Assembly (NCBI GenBank): GCA_963796455.1
Contig: CAWCLO010000007.1
Location: 128,001 to 192,000 of the forward strand
Length of the DNA stretch: 64,000 nt
From: Candidatus Sulfomarinibacteraceae bacterium
GTDB lineage: Bacteria; Acidobacteriota; Thermoanaerobaculia; Thermoanaerobaculales; Sulfomarinibacteraceae
Direction: 5' to 3'
The position numbers and the translations under genes were made by a program. Below are positions 9,829 through 22,686 of the stretch, one piece after another. The notes under the pieces were generated by a model. It saw only the letters and a list, made by a program, of their open reading frames with translations. It made no database searches and was not told where the DNA came from. Positions within the stretch are counted from its first letter, which is position 1, and every line of letters begins with the position of its first letter.

Positions 9829-10563
9829 CTACTTCAGCCCCGAATCGATCACCGCTCGAACTTCGTCCATCAATTTCTGACAGTCTTTTTTTTCCAGACC
9901 GTCGACCACAACCGGTGGGTGGAAGATCAGGCGGGCTGAACCGGGCATGAGGTCCGAGGTTCCGGCCGGTAGCACGTTACGGGTCCCGATCACCGTCACC
10001 GGCAAGACCGGCAGACCGAGATCTACCGCCATCCGGAATGCGCCCTTCTTGAAACCCTTGAGCTCGCCTGTCCGGCTCCTCGTTCCTTCCGGGAAGAAAA
10101 TCACCGACGTTCCACCGACAATCTTCCTCTTCGCATCCTCCAGGGTCGCGACGGCCGCCGCGTGGTTCGAGCGGTCGATAAAAATGTGGCCCAGGCGGTG
10201 ACAAGCGACCCCGATTCCCGGAACCGTTCGAAGTTCCTTCTTCATCACCCACTTGAAATCGACCCCAATCCAGCCATAAAGGACAAAAATATCGTACTGG
10301 CTCTGATGATTCGAAACCAGAACGTATGACTGGGACGGATCCAGATTTTCGCGACCCTCAACCGAGACCCGCATGGGAGTGATCCACGCCATCAATCGGG
10401 CCCATGGCACCCCGGTCCATCTGGCAACCGTTGGAGGTTTGGCAAAAAAAAGCATCGCAACAGCGACGGACGCAAAAAAGGCCGTCGACAACCCCAGCAT
10501 CGGTACGACCACCAGATACTTGTAGGGTTGGTACAACCACCAAGAGAGATTGCGTCGCTTCAT
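9829..10563 (-). CDS. plsC: 1-acyl-sn-glycerol-3-phosphate acyltransferase
   Basis: 'NHQSQYD' (HX4D), 'FIDR' and 'FFPEGTRS' motifs. Confidence 0.9.
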   Translation of the reverse strand: MKRRNLSWWLYQPYKYLVVVPMLGLSTAFFASVAVAMLFFAKPPTVARWTGVPWARLMAWITPMRVSVEGRENLDPSQSYVLVSNHQSQYDIFVLYGWIGVDFKWVMKKELRTVPGIGVACHRLGHIFIDRSNHAAAVATLEDAKRKIVGGTSVIFFPEGTRSRTGELKGFKKGAFRMAVDLGLPVLPVTVIGTRNVLPAGTSDLMPGSARLIFHPPVVVDGLEKKDCQKLMDEVRAVIDSGLK

Positions 10564-10623
10564 TGCTGGGAATCATACCGAAGTTGAGGCTGGAAGCCAG
10601 ACACTGGATGCTGGATGCTGGAT

Positions 10624-11290
10624 CACTCTTGGTTAAGACAGTGTGTCGAACATCGTTCAGGGACAGCGACGGGAGCCGGCGGACAGTGTCAGCGAACAGT
10701 TGTCAGCGGCGGCAACCAGCGGCCGGGGCAGCGACAGTACCAGCGAACTGCACTCACTTCGTCGGGTTCAACAGCCGCCAGGTCATCGCACGGACCTGCT
10801 CGAAGGCGTTCATCACTTCACTGACTCCGTTCCGGCTGATCGCCCCGGCGTGGGCGAGGAGCTGGAACCCTCATCACGAGCTTGATCGCGATACCTGCTG
10901 CTTCGAGGGCTTTCGAGTGGGCAACGAGGTTGGTGTTTGTGGCGGCGTTGGACATGGTCACCTCCGGGTCGTTCATGCCCTTACCCACAAGCCGGTGTGG
11001 TGGCCGATGTCAAGGATGCCCTGCACCCTGCCTGTCCTTGACATCGGCCGCCCACCGGCTACCCCTTCTTTTGAACGACCCGGAGGTGGCCACTTCGTCG
11101 CCTGGACTCCTGATCGCTGCCGCTGAACACTGATCTCTGTTCCCTGGCCCTGTCGCTGCTCCCTGTCACTGTTGCCTGTCGCTGCCGCTGCAATTCGGGA
11201 TCGGGATCGGGATCGGGTACCTGCCAACCGCCAACCGGATATGCCAATAACCAACCCAAAAATCTCTTATCGTCACGTGGGGCAACTTCA
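10624..11290 (-). mobile_element. CACT-TIR element, copy 2 (reverse orientation, internal deletion, truncated End A)
   Basis: Starts 'ggat|cactcttggttaagacag' after TGGATGC repeats. Reverse complement of 45914-46764, including the leader hairpin. Confidence 0.8.
10754..10955 (-). pseudogene. Four-helix-bundle protein with ~152-nt internal deletion
   Basis: The N-terminus (MSNAATNTNLVAHSKALEAAGIAIKLVMRVP) is joined out of frame to the C-terminal part (..LLAHAGAISRNGVSEVMNAFEQVRAMTWRLLNPTK). Confidence 0.82.
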
Positions 11291-11341
11291 CATTGAGCCG
11301 TAGATGGTATCCTTTCTCACCGTGCGAAATCCGGAGGCCAC

Positions 11342-13264
11342 GTGAGCGATCGCTTTTACATCACCACCCCGATCTACTATGTGAACGACATGCCCCACAT
11401 CGGGCATATCTACACCACCGTAATGGCCGATATATTTGCCCGCTACCAGCGGCTGAACGGTCGTGAGGTGCGCTTTCTCACCGGCACCGACGAGCATGGC
11501 CAGAAAATCGAAAAGGCGGCCGCCAGCCAGGGCATCGAACCGCTTCAGCTCGCCGACCGGGTGGTTGCGCGCTACCACGGGCTGTGGAAGACCCTCGGCA
11601 TCTCGCACGATGATTTCATCCGCACTTCGGAACCAAGACATCAGAAGGCGGTCGCCGAGATCATCCAGCGGATAACAGCCAACGGCGACATCTATGAGGG
11701 TGAATACGAAGGGTGGTACCTAGCCGCCGACGAGGCATTCATCCCCGATTCACAGGTCAAGGATGGGCACGATATCGAAAGCGGTCGGGCGGTCGAACGC
11801 CTGTCCGAACCGAGCTATTTCTTCAAGCTCTCCGCCTACCAAGACCGCCTGCTCGAATGGTACCGGGCCAACCCCGACTGCATCCATCCACGAACCCGTT
11901 ACAACGAAGTCGTGAGCTTTGTCGAAGGGGGTCTCCGCGATCTCTCGATCTCGCGCACCTCGCTCAAATGGGGGGTCCCCTACCCCGGCGACGAAAGCCA
12001 CGTCGTCTACGTTTGGCTCGATGCGCTCACCAATTACATCTCCGCTCTCGGTTTCGGATCGGAAGACGAGGGGCTCTACGAAAATTTCTGGCCCGCCTCC
12101 ATGCATCTGGTTGGCAAGGACATCCTCCGTTTTCATTGCGTTTATTGGCCGGCGTTCCTCATGTCCGCCGGGCTTCCGCTTCCGGAGCAGATCTTCGGTC
12201 ACGGTTGGTGGTTACGGGATGAAGCCAAGATGTCGAAGTCCATCGGAAACGTGGTGCGTCCGGACTACCTCATCGAGCGATTCGGGGCCGACTCCCTGCG
12301 CTATTTTCTGGCCCGGGAGATGGCCTTCGGGCAGGATGCATCCTACTCCGACGAGGCTTTCCTCGACAGGTACAATGCCGATCTTGCCAATGCACTCGGA
12401 AACACGGCCTCTCGCACACTGTCGATGACCGGACGTTACCTCGATGGCAAAGTGCCGGCCGTGCGCGACGAGGGCCCGGTTCCGGCCACGGCAAGGGAAG
12501 CCGTCGCCGCATACCGCAAGCACATGGATTCCGCCGAACCGAATCGGGCGCTCGAGGCGGTATGGAAGCTCCTTCGAACCATGGACGGTTATATTCAGGA
12601 ACAGCAGCCGTGGGCGCGGGCGAAAGATGGCGATGCCGGTCGAGAGAGCCTCGAGACCACCCTTTATGTCTCACTCGAAGGCCTCCGGATCACGGCGCTG
12701 CTGATCGAGCCCTTCATGCCCGTCATCGCCGGGCAACTCCGGCGGCAGATGGGCATCGACGAGATGGCCCGCGACATGAACGGGGCAACCGAGTGGGGTG
12801 GGCTCCCCGAGGGCACTCTCATCGGCAAGACCGAGCCCCTTTTTCCTAGAATCGATAAAAAGGCCTATCTCAAGGAGCTGCAGATGGACGTACCGGACAA
12901 CGAAACCGAGAAAAAACCCGAAGCACAGCCCGAAGACGACCTGCTTTCGATCGACCAGTTCTTCAAGACAAAACTCGTGGTCGGCACCATTCGCGAGGCA
13001 GAACAGGTTCCAAAGTCAAAAAAACTGGTGCGCATCCAGGTCGATCTCGGCGAGGAACAGTTGCGGCAATTGGTTGCCGGTATCGCCGAACGCTACCAGG
13101 CAGAGGATCTCGTTGGCCGGCAGATCGTCGTGGTGGCCAATCTCAAACCCGCCAAGCTGATGGGCGTCGAGTCGCAGGGAATGCTTTTGGCGGCAAATGT
13201 GGAGGGCGCCCCGTTCCTGCTCTCTCCCGACCACGAGGTGCCTCCAGGCACGGTCGTCAGCTGA
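11342..13264 (+). CDS. metG: Methionyl-tRNA synthetase with C-terminal tRNA-binding OB domain
   Basis: 'FYITTPIYYVN..PHIGH', 'GTDEHGQK', 'YVWLDAL', 'GKDILRFH', 'KMSKS'. Confidence 0.97.
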   Translation: MSDRFYITTPIYYVNDMPHIGHIYTTVMADIFARYQRLNGREVRFLTGTDEHGQKIEKAAASQGIEPLQLADRVVARYHGLWKTLGISHDDFIRTSEPRHQKAVAEIIQRITANGDIYEGEYEGWYLAADEAFIPDSQVKDGHDIESGRAVERLSEPSYFFKLSAYQDRLLEWYRANPDCIHPRTRYNEVVSFVEGGLRDLSISRTSLKWGVPYPGDESHVVYVWLDALTNYISALGFGSEDEGLYENFWPASMHLVGKDILRFHCVYWPAFLMSAGLPLPEQIFGHGWWLRDEAKMSKSIGNVVRPDYLIERFGADSLRYFLAREMAFGQDASYSDEAFLDRYNADLANALGNTASRTLSMTGRYLDGKVPAVRDEGPVPATAREAVAAYRKHMDSAEPNRALEAVWKLLRTMDGYIQEQQPWARAKDGDAGRESLETTLYVSLEGLRITALLIEPFMPVIAGQLRRQMGIDEMARDMNGATEWGGLPEGTLIGKTEPLFPRIDKKAYLKELQMDVPDNETEKKPEAQPEDDLLSIDQFFKTKLVVGTIREAEQVPKSKKLVRIQVDLGEEQLRQLVAGIAERYQAEDLVGRQIVVVANLKPAKLMGVESQGMLLAANVEGAPFLLSPDHEVPPGTVVS

Positions 13265-13318
13265 AATCGACTTCATCGCGATCGCTGTCGATGAATCGTG
13301 TCGCAGTCCGGGCCAGCG

Positions 13319-13396
13319 CAAACCGCAGATCGCGCAGATCATCGCAGCATAGAAAAGAGGGCCGTCATCTGCGTCCATCTGCGTGATCTGCGGTTT
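13319..13396. repeat. Inverted repeat built from ~9-nt units (CGCAGAT / ATCTGCG)
   Basis: aaaccgcagatcgcgcagat ... atctgcgtccatctgcgtgatctgcggttt. Related half-sites at ~16045-16070 and ~35204-35233. Confidence 0.75.
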
Positions 13397-13530
13397 CTCA
13401 TGACACGGCGCTTCAATACTCTACCTGCATCGCATGAGAAGGCTCACCAGGCCGAAATCGGCTAGCTGGCGGAAGTGCGCGAGATTTTGTGTAGCCGATT
13501 TCGAGAAACCGGACCGTCGTGGCGCTCATG

Positions 13531-13550
13531 GATAGCGATAGCGATAGCGA
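13531..13550. repeat. GATAGC hexamer tandem repeat
   Basis: gatagc x3+. The same family occurs at 43473-43507 and, as the reverse complement, at 60587-60620. Confidence 0.7.
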
Positions 13551-13576
13551 CGGACGGTTCGAGCGAGAAAATGGAT

Positions 13577-14077
13577 TCAGATAGCTCGCTGGTACCGTAG
13601 AAAGCTGTAGGCAAACTCGTTCTTCTCGTCGGCCTCGTGGTGGTCTTCGGACACGAGCTCCCATTGGTTGGCATCGAGATCGGGAAAGTGGGTGTCACCT
13701 TCAACTTCGGCGTGGATGCGGGTCAGGTAGATCCGGTCGACCAACTTGCGGGCCAGAGCGATCCGGTAGATCTGTGAACCACCGCCGATGAATGGCTCGT
13801 CGTCGTCGCGAGCGATCTTCAGCGCGTCTTCCACCGAATGAACGACCGCCACACCATCGGCGGAAAAACTGCGACTCCGGGTCACCACCACCATGGTTCT
13901 GCCCGGCAGCGGCTTCCCCACCTCGATCCAGGTCCTTCGACCGATGATCAGGTGATGGCCCATGGTGGTGTTCTTGAAATGCCGGAGGTCCGCCGGTAGG
14001 TGCCACGGCAGATCACCATCACGACCGATGACCCCGTTGGATGACACAGCGACAATCATTGATGCCGTCATCGTCAC
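13577..14077 (-). CDS. folA: Dihydrofolate reductase
   Basis: '[20 protein letters not shown]', 'IIGRRTW', 'LPGR', 'IGGG', 'GDTHFP'. Confidence 0.95.
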   Translation of the reverse strand: MTMTASMIVAVSSNGVIGRDGDLPWHLPADLRHFKNTTMGHHLIIGRRTWIEVGKPLPGRTMVVVTRSRSFSADGVAVVHSVEDALKIARDDDEPFIGGGSQIYRIALARKLVDRIYLTRIHAEVEGDTHFPDLDANQWELVSEDHHEADEKNEFAYSFLRYQRAI

Positions 14078-14868
14078 ACCGCAATCGGGGCTTTGATGTG
14101 GGGGTGGGGCTCGTAGGATTCGAGCCGGAAATCATCGAAGGTGAAATCGAAGATCGAAGTCACGGCCCGGTTGAGATGCATGGTCGGCAAGCCCCGTGGC
14201 TCACGGGCCAGTTGGGTCTTCGCCTGATTGACGTGATTCAGGTAGAGATGCGCGTCTCCAAAGGAGTGGATGAATTCTCTCGCCTCGAGATCGCAGACCT
14301 GGGCCACCATCATCGTGAGCAAGGCATAGGACGCGATATTGAATGGCACCCCGAGAAAAACGTCGGCGCTCCTTTGATAGAGCTGGCAGGACAGACCTCC
14401 ATCCGCCACCCAGAACTGGAAGAGACAGTGGCATGGCGGCAGCGCCATCTCTTCGATTTCCGACACGTTCCAGGCTGAAACGATGTGGCGCCTCGAATCC
14501 GGATCTGTTTTGATCCTCTCGATGGCTGTTTCGATCTGATCGACACTTCCACCTTCCCGGGTCGGCCACGAACGCCACTGCGACCCGTAAATCGGACCCA
14601 GTTCACCATCTTGATCCGCCCACTCGTCCCAGATCGAGACCTTGTTTTCGTGGAGATAACGGAGATTCGTATCGCCCGACAAAAACCACAGCAACTCGTG
14701 GATGATCGACCGGAGGTGGAGCTTCTTTGTCGTCAGCGCCGGAAACCCGGCACACAGATCGAAGCGCAATTGATAACCGAAAAGGCTCAGGGTTCCGGTT
14801 CCCGTCCGGTCGTCCTTTTTGACTCCCGTCCGGAGGACATCATCGAGAAGGTCCAGATATTGTCTCAC
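14074..14868 (-). CDS. thyA: Thymidylate synthase
   Basis: 'DRTGTGT', 'MALPPCH', '[18 protein letters not shown]'. The GTG start overlaps the kdsC stop. Confidence 0.97.
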   Translation of the reverse strand: MRQYLDLLDDVLRTGVKKDDRTGTGTLSLFGYQLRFDLCAGFPALTTKKLHLRSIIHELLWFLSGDTNLRYLHENKVSIWDEWADQDGELGPIYGSQWRSWPTREGGSVDQIETAIERIKTDPDSRRHIVSAWNVSEIEEMALPPCHCLFQFWVADGGLSCQLYQRSADVFLGVPFNIASYALLTMMVAQVCDLEAREFIHSFGDAHLYLNHVNQAKTQLAREPRGLPTMHLNRAVTSIFDFTFDDFRLESYEPHPHIKAPIAV

Positions 14869-15428
14869 TCGCGCGGCGTCCCCTGGCCGACCCACTTGCC
14901 GACAACAGCCATCCATTTGGACTGGGTCTTGAGAATCAACTCACCGAACTCGCGCACCGCTCCATGGCCGCCGGGAGCACCACAAACCAGGTCGCAGACC
15001 GCCACCACCTCGGGCACAGCGTCCGCGGGGCAGGCGGTGAAAACGGCCCGCTCCAGAAGCGGGATGTCGGGAAGGTCGTCGCCCATAGCTGCCACCTCGA
15101 GATCGACAACATCCAGAAGCTTCTCGATTCGCTCGAGATCGGCCACTTTGTCTTTCGACCCGAGGGCGATCAGCTCGGACCGAATACCCAGTTCCCTGCA
15201 ACGAAACGCCACGGCATCGCTCGTTCGACCCGAAATCACGGCGACCTGGATACCGGCGTCGAGCAGAAGTCGAATCCCGAGACCATCACGAACGGAAAAG
15301 GTTTTTTGGTCCTGTCCCCCACTGGAGTAACTCAGGCTGCCATCGGTCAGCACACCATCCACATCCAGGACCAGCAGGCGGACCGGCTCGAGGCGGTGAC
15401 GAATCTCTGTAGGTACACGACTTGGCAT
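14865..15428 (-). CDS. kdsC: KDO-8-phosphate phosphatase (HAD family)
   Basis: 'DVDGVLTDG', 'FSVRDGLG', 'MGDDLPD', 'GGHGAVRE'. Confidence 0.9.
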   Translation of the reverse strand: MPSRVPTEIRHRLEPVRLLVLDVDGVLTDGSLSYSSGGQDQKTFSVRDGLGIRLLLDAGIQVAVISGRTSDAVAFRCRELGIRSELIALGSKDKVADLERIEKLLDVVDLEVAAMGDDLPDIPLLERAVFTACPADAVPEVVAVCDLVCGAPGGHGAVREFGELILKTQSKWMAVVGKWVGQGTPRE

Positions 15429-15479
15429 GGCGTCATCCTAACATCACCCAACCGCACGGCCAGTTTCTGAATGCTGGAT

Positions 15480-16026
15480 CACTGCTGTCCAAACCAGATC
15501 GTCACCTGAAGGTTTCCGGTTGCCTGTGCCCGTACCCGGGTCCGCGTCCGGATTTCAGCGGCAGCGACATTTATCAGCGACAGTGTTCAGCGGCAGCGAC
15601 AGGCACCAGCGAACAGGGACAGCGGCAGCGATCAGGAGTCCATGCGGCGAAAGGGCACCTCCGGGTCGTTCAACAGAAGGGCACGGCCGAATCGGAAGAG
15701 ACCGGTCGAACCACTGGAGAATCGCCTACGCCTCGGCGAAAGAGGTCGACAGCCACTTGCAGCTCCTCGCCCACGCCGGAGCGATCAGTCCGAACGGAGC
15801 CGGTGAAGCGATGAACGCCTTCGATCAAGTCCGTGCGATGACCTGGCGGCTCTTGAACCCGAAAATGTGAGCGCCGTTACCCGTCGCTGCTGTTGATAGC
15901 TGATCGCTGAGGCTGATGACTGAACGCTGACGCTGACTCCTGTTGGCTGCCGCTGACAACTGATCACTGTCGCTGTTCCCTGTCGCTGTCGCCGGACACC
16001 GTGGGGATCGGGAACGGGAACGGGAA
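15480..16026 (+). mobile_element. CACT-TIR element, copy 3 (End A present; most of the leader and 5' half of the ORF deleted)
   Basis: 'tgctggat|cactgctgtccaaaccag', CAGCGA arm, first strand of the leader stem, 3' half of the ORF, then a complementary TCGCTG arm and CGGGAA repeats. Confidence 0.8.
15676..15870 (+). pseudogene. Four-helix-bundle protein, 3' fragment
   Basis: EGHGRIGRDRSNHWRIAYASAKEVDSHLQLLAHAGAISPNGAGEAMNAFDQVRAMTWRLLNPKM matches the C-terminal half of 46281-46634. Confidence 0.82.
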
Positions 16027-16092
16027 TGGAGAATACCGTTCTCAGCGTTCATCCGCGCGATCTGCGGTTTCTCCGTGCAAACAGACCTGGAA

Positions 16093-18945
16093 CTACGGTT
16101 TCAGTTCAACCTTCACCACGATCGGGTCGTGGTCGCTGGCACGATGGGCGGCGGGGAAGTCTGCGTTGACGTGGACCGCATCGATCTCGGCCTGGTCGGC
16201 GATTGAGGGGCTCACCAGGATGTGGTCGAGGACCTGGGAGTTCCCGAGATAGACGTAGCTGTATCGCTGCTCCCCGGCCAGACGCAGCACCAGATCCTCG
16301 AGCCCCGCAGTTTCCAGAACATACAGCGGCTTCGATTTTTCAAAGTCGTTGAGGTCGCCGAGAACCACCACAGCGGCCTTTTCGTCCGCACGCATGAGTT
16401 CATCTACAAATGAAGCGACCACAGTTGCTTGCGATGTCCGGCGTCTCTCCGTGCCGGTGATCCTCGGCTGACGACGCCCGAAGATCGGGTCGTCGCCGCC
16501 CTTTGAGGCCAGGTGGAGATTGACGACAAAGAGTCTCCGGTCGTTGAAGAAGAACTCACCAGCCAAAGGTTTGCGGCTGCCGCCTCCCCCAGATTTTGCA
16601 CCCGAAAACGCGTCATTGGACGGATCCAACAAACCAGGGCTGCAATTCAATCGAGGACCTTGCAGCACCTCAACAGAAGAGTCGATGCCACAGGCGCCTC
16701 GATCGACAAACTGAACTCTCTCGGGGTTGAAAAGGAAGGCGGTTCGGATATTGGCGCCGGGTTGCCCACCATCAGCCTTGTCGGTGGGATCCACCAGTCG
16801 CCACTCGTAGCGGACGCCGCCTGTCTTCGCGATCGTCTCAACCAGCCGTTGCAGTGTCTGCTCTGCTGTCACCACGCCGTTGTCTTCGGGCCCGGTATCA
16901 TCCTGGACCTCCTGAACGGCGAGAATATCGGGATTCAGAAGCTCTCCGGCGACAATCTGCGCCAGTGCTTCGAACTTCGTCGCATCAGAACCGGCCCACA
17001 GGTTCTCGAGATTCATGGTCGCGATGGTGAGGTGCGTTTCGTCTCCCTGCAACTGCGTGCGGTCGCCCTGATCTTCGCTCGTTTCCACTGCCTGCACCGG
17101 CACCGTATTGAGGAGTTTGTAGCTGCCAAACGTGTAGTGCAGCACCCCGGTGACCGCTTCGCTCAATCGAGCCCCCACCGCGAGATCGGGCGGATTTTTG
17201 ACCAAACGGTCATCGATCACCACACGCTGGGGGTGGACGTTGCAATGCGTTCTTCGAAGGCCCCCGCGAGCCGTCCACGGGGCGGAATCCCGACCGCCGT
17301 CAGGGACCACCACAATTTCGCCGTGCCTTGACGTGGGACCCACCACGACGGCGTCCTCGACCTGAACTCGCATGCCCTCGAGAGTTTCGAAGGCATCGGC
17401 CGCAAATCGTTCTGGGTTGAAGATTTCGAGCCGACGTGATGCGACCTCACCGCGGGGAATCGATCGTCCCCCTCGACCCAGAATCACCGGCTCAGGCAAC
17501 TGGAGACCCCGGCCGACAATCTCGATATTCGATGTGACCAACCGGGTCACCGGCAACTCAAAACCCCACGAACGCTCTTCGACCCGGCCGTCAAGGACTA
17601 CCAGATCGCCGACCTCCACCTCAGAAAGCTCGTCGAATGTCGTGACCAGAAGCCCATTGGATGTGGCCGGATCATCGTCAGCTTCGGGGTCCTGGACCCA
17701 GAAGGCCTGGCCGCCTCGTTGGCCGAGGATCGAAGTCACAACTCCTTCAACCCCGTAGACACAGCGGCCCACGAGCGGCGAAAAATGGCCGCCTCCCTGA
17801 ATCTGGTGGATTCGGGCTCGGGGCAGCGTGGTCATCGGTGTCTGCACCCCGGAAAGGGCGAAGACGAGGACCTGGTTGCTCTGAACACTCGGCTGAAAAT
17901 TATTGTCCGACACCATCACCAGTTGGCGGCGGCCATCGGGCAGCATCGGACCGAAGGCCATGCCCTCGAGATTGTCCGGGTCGATGCCAAGATCGTGCAT
18001 ATCCGCCAACAAGGTTTTCGTCACAGGCCGAGGCTTTGGCGCATAGGGATCGTCGAGGACGGGTATCTTGAGAATATTGTCTGCACCGTCGAGCTCAGCC
18101 AAAAAAAGCCGGACCCTATTTCCGACACCGGCCGAAAAGGAACGTTCGAGCACCAGCAAGCGGTGGTTGTCGATGACCAGTATTTCGGAGATTCCATTGG
18201 TCCGGAATGCATTCTGTGGGATCGGCGGATCCGGAACGGGCTCGATGACATAAAGAAATTCACCGACCGCTTCGCCGGTGCTGAGCTCAATCGCCAGAAT
18301 CCGAGCCGGGCTCCCGATATTCAGATCGGCCGGCGGGCCATCCTGTAGGAGAGCATTTTCGACGGCCGCAAAAAGCAGCGATTCATCCGGTGAGAGTGCG
18401 ATGCTTTCGAAGCCGTGGTTGTTACGCACCCCGCGGCTGCCGGTTCCGATCGCTCGATAGTGATCCGGGAGGTCGTAAGTACCAAGCAGCGATCCATCGA
18501 GCCGGAATCTCCCGATCATCGGCGGCACATTTTGATGGGGCACACCCTCCGTCGCCAGGAAGAGCCCACCTTCCGCCGAAAGCGCGATCGCCTCGGGATC
18601 AAAACCGCCGCCACGGCTGAATGGCGAACCATGTCCATCCCGGAGGATCGTTGCGCCGACCACATCCACCGAAACCTCGGCATCGTGCTCCATCACCCGG
18701 AGGGTGAAGAAACGAGGCACACCAAAATTTCCGCGGTCATCGGACAGAGCATAGTAGAGGCCGCATCCCGGATCGTATGCCAGGCCCGAGAGTCCTCCGA
18801 CGAGCGTCTTGTCGACCTTCAGATCACCGGGAATGGTGGTCTCGGCCAGGAACTCGACGTCGAGATCGGCCGCCGTCGAAATCGCCACCGCGGCGACGAC
18901 CGAGGCAAACCCGACCAGAGATTGTCGCAGACGACGGCGAATCAA
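16093..18945 (-). CDS. Secreted fusion: phytase-like (esterase-like) beta-propeller + OB fold + endonuclease/exonuclease/phosphatase domain
   Basis: 'GGLSGL..YYALSDDR', 'DPEAI', 'NHGFES', 'DNLEGM..SDNNF', then 'AVQEVQ', 'GDLND', 'LDHIL', 'SDHDP'. The TTG start overlapping the upstream stop is an estimate. Confidence 0.8.
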   Translation of the reverse strand: MIRRRLRQSLVGFASVVAAVAISTAADLDVEFLAETTIPGDLKVDKTLVGGLSGLAYDPGCGLYYALSDDRGNFGVPRFFTLRVMEHDAEVSVDVVGATILRDGHGSPFSRGGGFDPEAIALSAEGGLFLATEGVPHQNVPPMIGRFRLDGSLLGTYDLPDHYRAIGTGSRGVRNNHGFESIALSPDESLLFAAVENALLQDGPPADLNIGSPARILAIELSTGEAVGEFLYVIEPVPDPPIPQNAFRTNGISEILVIDNHRLLVLERSFSAGVGNRVRLFLAELDGADNILKIPVLDDPYAPKPRPVTKTLLADMHDLGIDPDNLEGMAFGPMLPDGRRQLVMVSDNNFQPSVQSNQVLVFALSGVQTPMTTLPRARIHQIQGGGHFSPLVGRCVYGVEGVVTSILGQRGGQAFWVQDPEADDDPATSNGLLVTTFDELSEVEVGDLVVLDGRVEERSWGFELPVTRLVTSNIEIVGRGLQLPEPVILGRGGRSIPRGEVASRRLEIFNPERFAADAFETLEGMRVQVEDAVVVGPTSRHGEIVVVPDGGRDSAPWTARGGLRRTHCNVHPQRVVIDDRLVKNPPDLAVGARLSEAVTGVLHYTFGSYKLLNTVPVQAVETSEDQGDRTQLQGDETHLTIATMNLENLWAGSDATKFEALAQIVAGELLNPDILAVQEVQDDTGPEDNGVVTAEQTLQRLVETIAKTGGVRYEWRLVDPTDKADGGQPGANIRTAFLFNPERVQFVDRGACGIDSSVEVLQGPRLNCSPGLLDPSNDAFSGAKSGGGGSRKPLAGEFFFNDRRLFVVNLHLASKGGDDPIFGRRQPRITGTERRRTSQATVVASFVDELMRADEKAAVVVLGDLNDFEKSKPLYVLETAGLEDLVLRLAGEQRYSYVYLGNSQVLDHILVSPSIADQAEIDAVHVNADFPAAHRASDHDPIVVKVELKP

Positions 18946-19517
18946 CCGAAGGTCCACTCCAGCTCGTCGAGCATCTTCTTTTCGGCAGCCGAAATCGAGG
19001 CGACCCCGAGAAACCCTCCGGCCGCTTCGGCGATCGCCCTGGCGCGGCCCATGGCTGATTTCTTCATGTGATCGCGGGTGCGATCGCCGAGCGTTGCGTT
19101 GAGTTCTTCGATATAGCTCTTCCACGTTTCGAGGAGCTTTGGATCCGGTTTGGTTTGCAGCCAGTTTCTGAGGAGGTGGCCCGTCGGACTGTCTTCCGTG
19201 ACTCCTCGTTCGACCGCAGCCTTGATGATGGCATCGCGTTCCTTGGATTGGATCTCGCCATCAGCCCACGCCACCTCGACCAGAGGCACCAGGGTAAAGG
19301 CAACCAGCGTTTCCGGCTCGACGGCCAGCTCGATCAACGCATCGAGGACCTCTTCGTTTTCGATGTTGAGATACTCCGCAAACTCCTTCTTCTTTTCCCG
19401 CCGCGCGGAGGCCGCACGGAGATCCCGGAGAATTTTTTCATTCTCTTTGGCAAAGAAGCTGTCCTCGAGCGCCTTGGCCTTGGCCTTGAGTCCCGGTACC
19501 TTGTCGGTGTATTTCAT
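18942..19517 (-). CDS. TerB-like domain protein
   Basis: 'LVEVAWADG.I...ER..I' and 'AIAEAAGGFLG...ISAAEK' are TerB-like signatures. Confidence 0.6.
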   Translation of the reverse strand: MKYTDKVPGLKAKAKALEDSFFAKENEKILRDLRAASARREKKKEFAEYLNIENEEVLDALIELAVEPETLVAFTLVPLVEVAWADGEIQSKERDAIIKAAVERGVTEDSPTGHLLRNWLQTKPDPKLLETWKSYIEELNATLGDRTRDHMKKSAMGRARAIAEAAGGFLGVASISAAEKKMLDELEWTFG

Positions 19518-19608
19518 GCGCGAAGTCTCCCCTTGAGGTCGGTGTCGGGGCGGCTCGTCTCGCCGCCGCAGCGATTATGCCACGGATGGCGCTGGAGCCG
19601 CAGTGAGT

Positions 19609-19800
19609 GAGGCTATGAGGCTATGAGGCTATGAGCTATGAGGCTATGGGCTATGGGCTATGGGCTATGGGCTATGGGCCGTAGGCTATTGGGCGAAAGC
19701 TTGGAGACCAGGAGCGATGGAGACCTGAGGCTCGGGCTTCAAGGACTCGACGAAGTACCTGAGCAATTCAAGCCTCAGGCCTCGGGCCACAAGCCCAAAC
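19609..19800. repeat. GGCTATG heptamer array with loosely complementary AAGCC-type units downstream
   Basis: (ga/gg)gctat repeated ~10 times at 19609-19680, and 'caagcctcaggcctcgggccacaagccc' at ~19769-19797. Confidence 0.8.
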
Positions 19801-19904
19801 CACGAGCTGTTTCATCGCGCTCGGCGCCGTCCCACTGGTATCGCCTGGTCAACCTGCGTAGAATACGCCGGGTCCACGTTGAAGATAGGCGTCGAGAGGA
19901 GATC

Positions 19905-22452
<2,548 letters not shown>

Positions 22453-22517
22453 AATGGCGGCTTCAGAATTCAGGGTCTGGCGAAGAGGCAATGACCGGTC
22501 GCTTCGCTCCCTGGCAA

Positions 22518-22608
22518 TGAGGCTATGAGTGTCAACTGCCTTTCGACAATTTTGTCCGGGTCCATTGCCCCATAGCCCCATAGCCCCATAGCCCCATAGC
22601 TTAATAGC
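22518..22608. repeat. Inverted bracket GAGGCTATGAG ... (CCCATAGC)n
   Basis: atgaggctatgag at ~22518 and cccatagc x4 at ~22569-22600, between convergent genes. Confidence 0.7.
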
Positions 22609-22686
22609 CTCGAAACCTCCGCGATCGTTGTCAGATGGAAACCCGTTCCCGGTGTCCACCAGCGTGATCCGCGGTTTATCCGGCCT

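Noticed and set aside
19638..19904. N-terminal extension of the leuS ORF ([14 protein letters not shown]...)
   Set aside because: It is translation of the GGCTATG array. The real start is ATG 19905, after an AGGAG SD.
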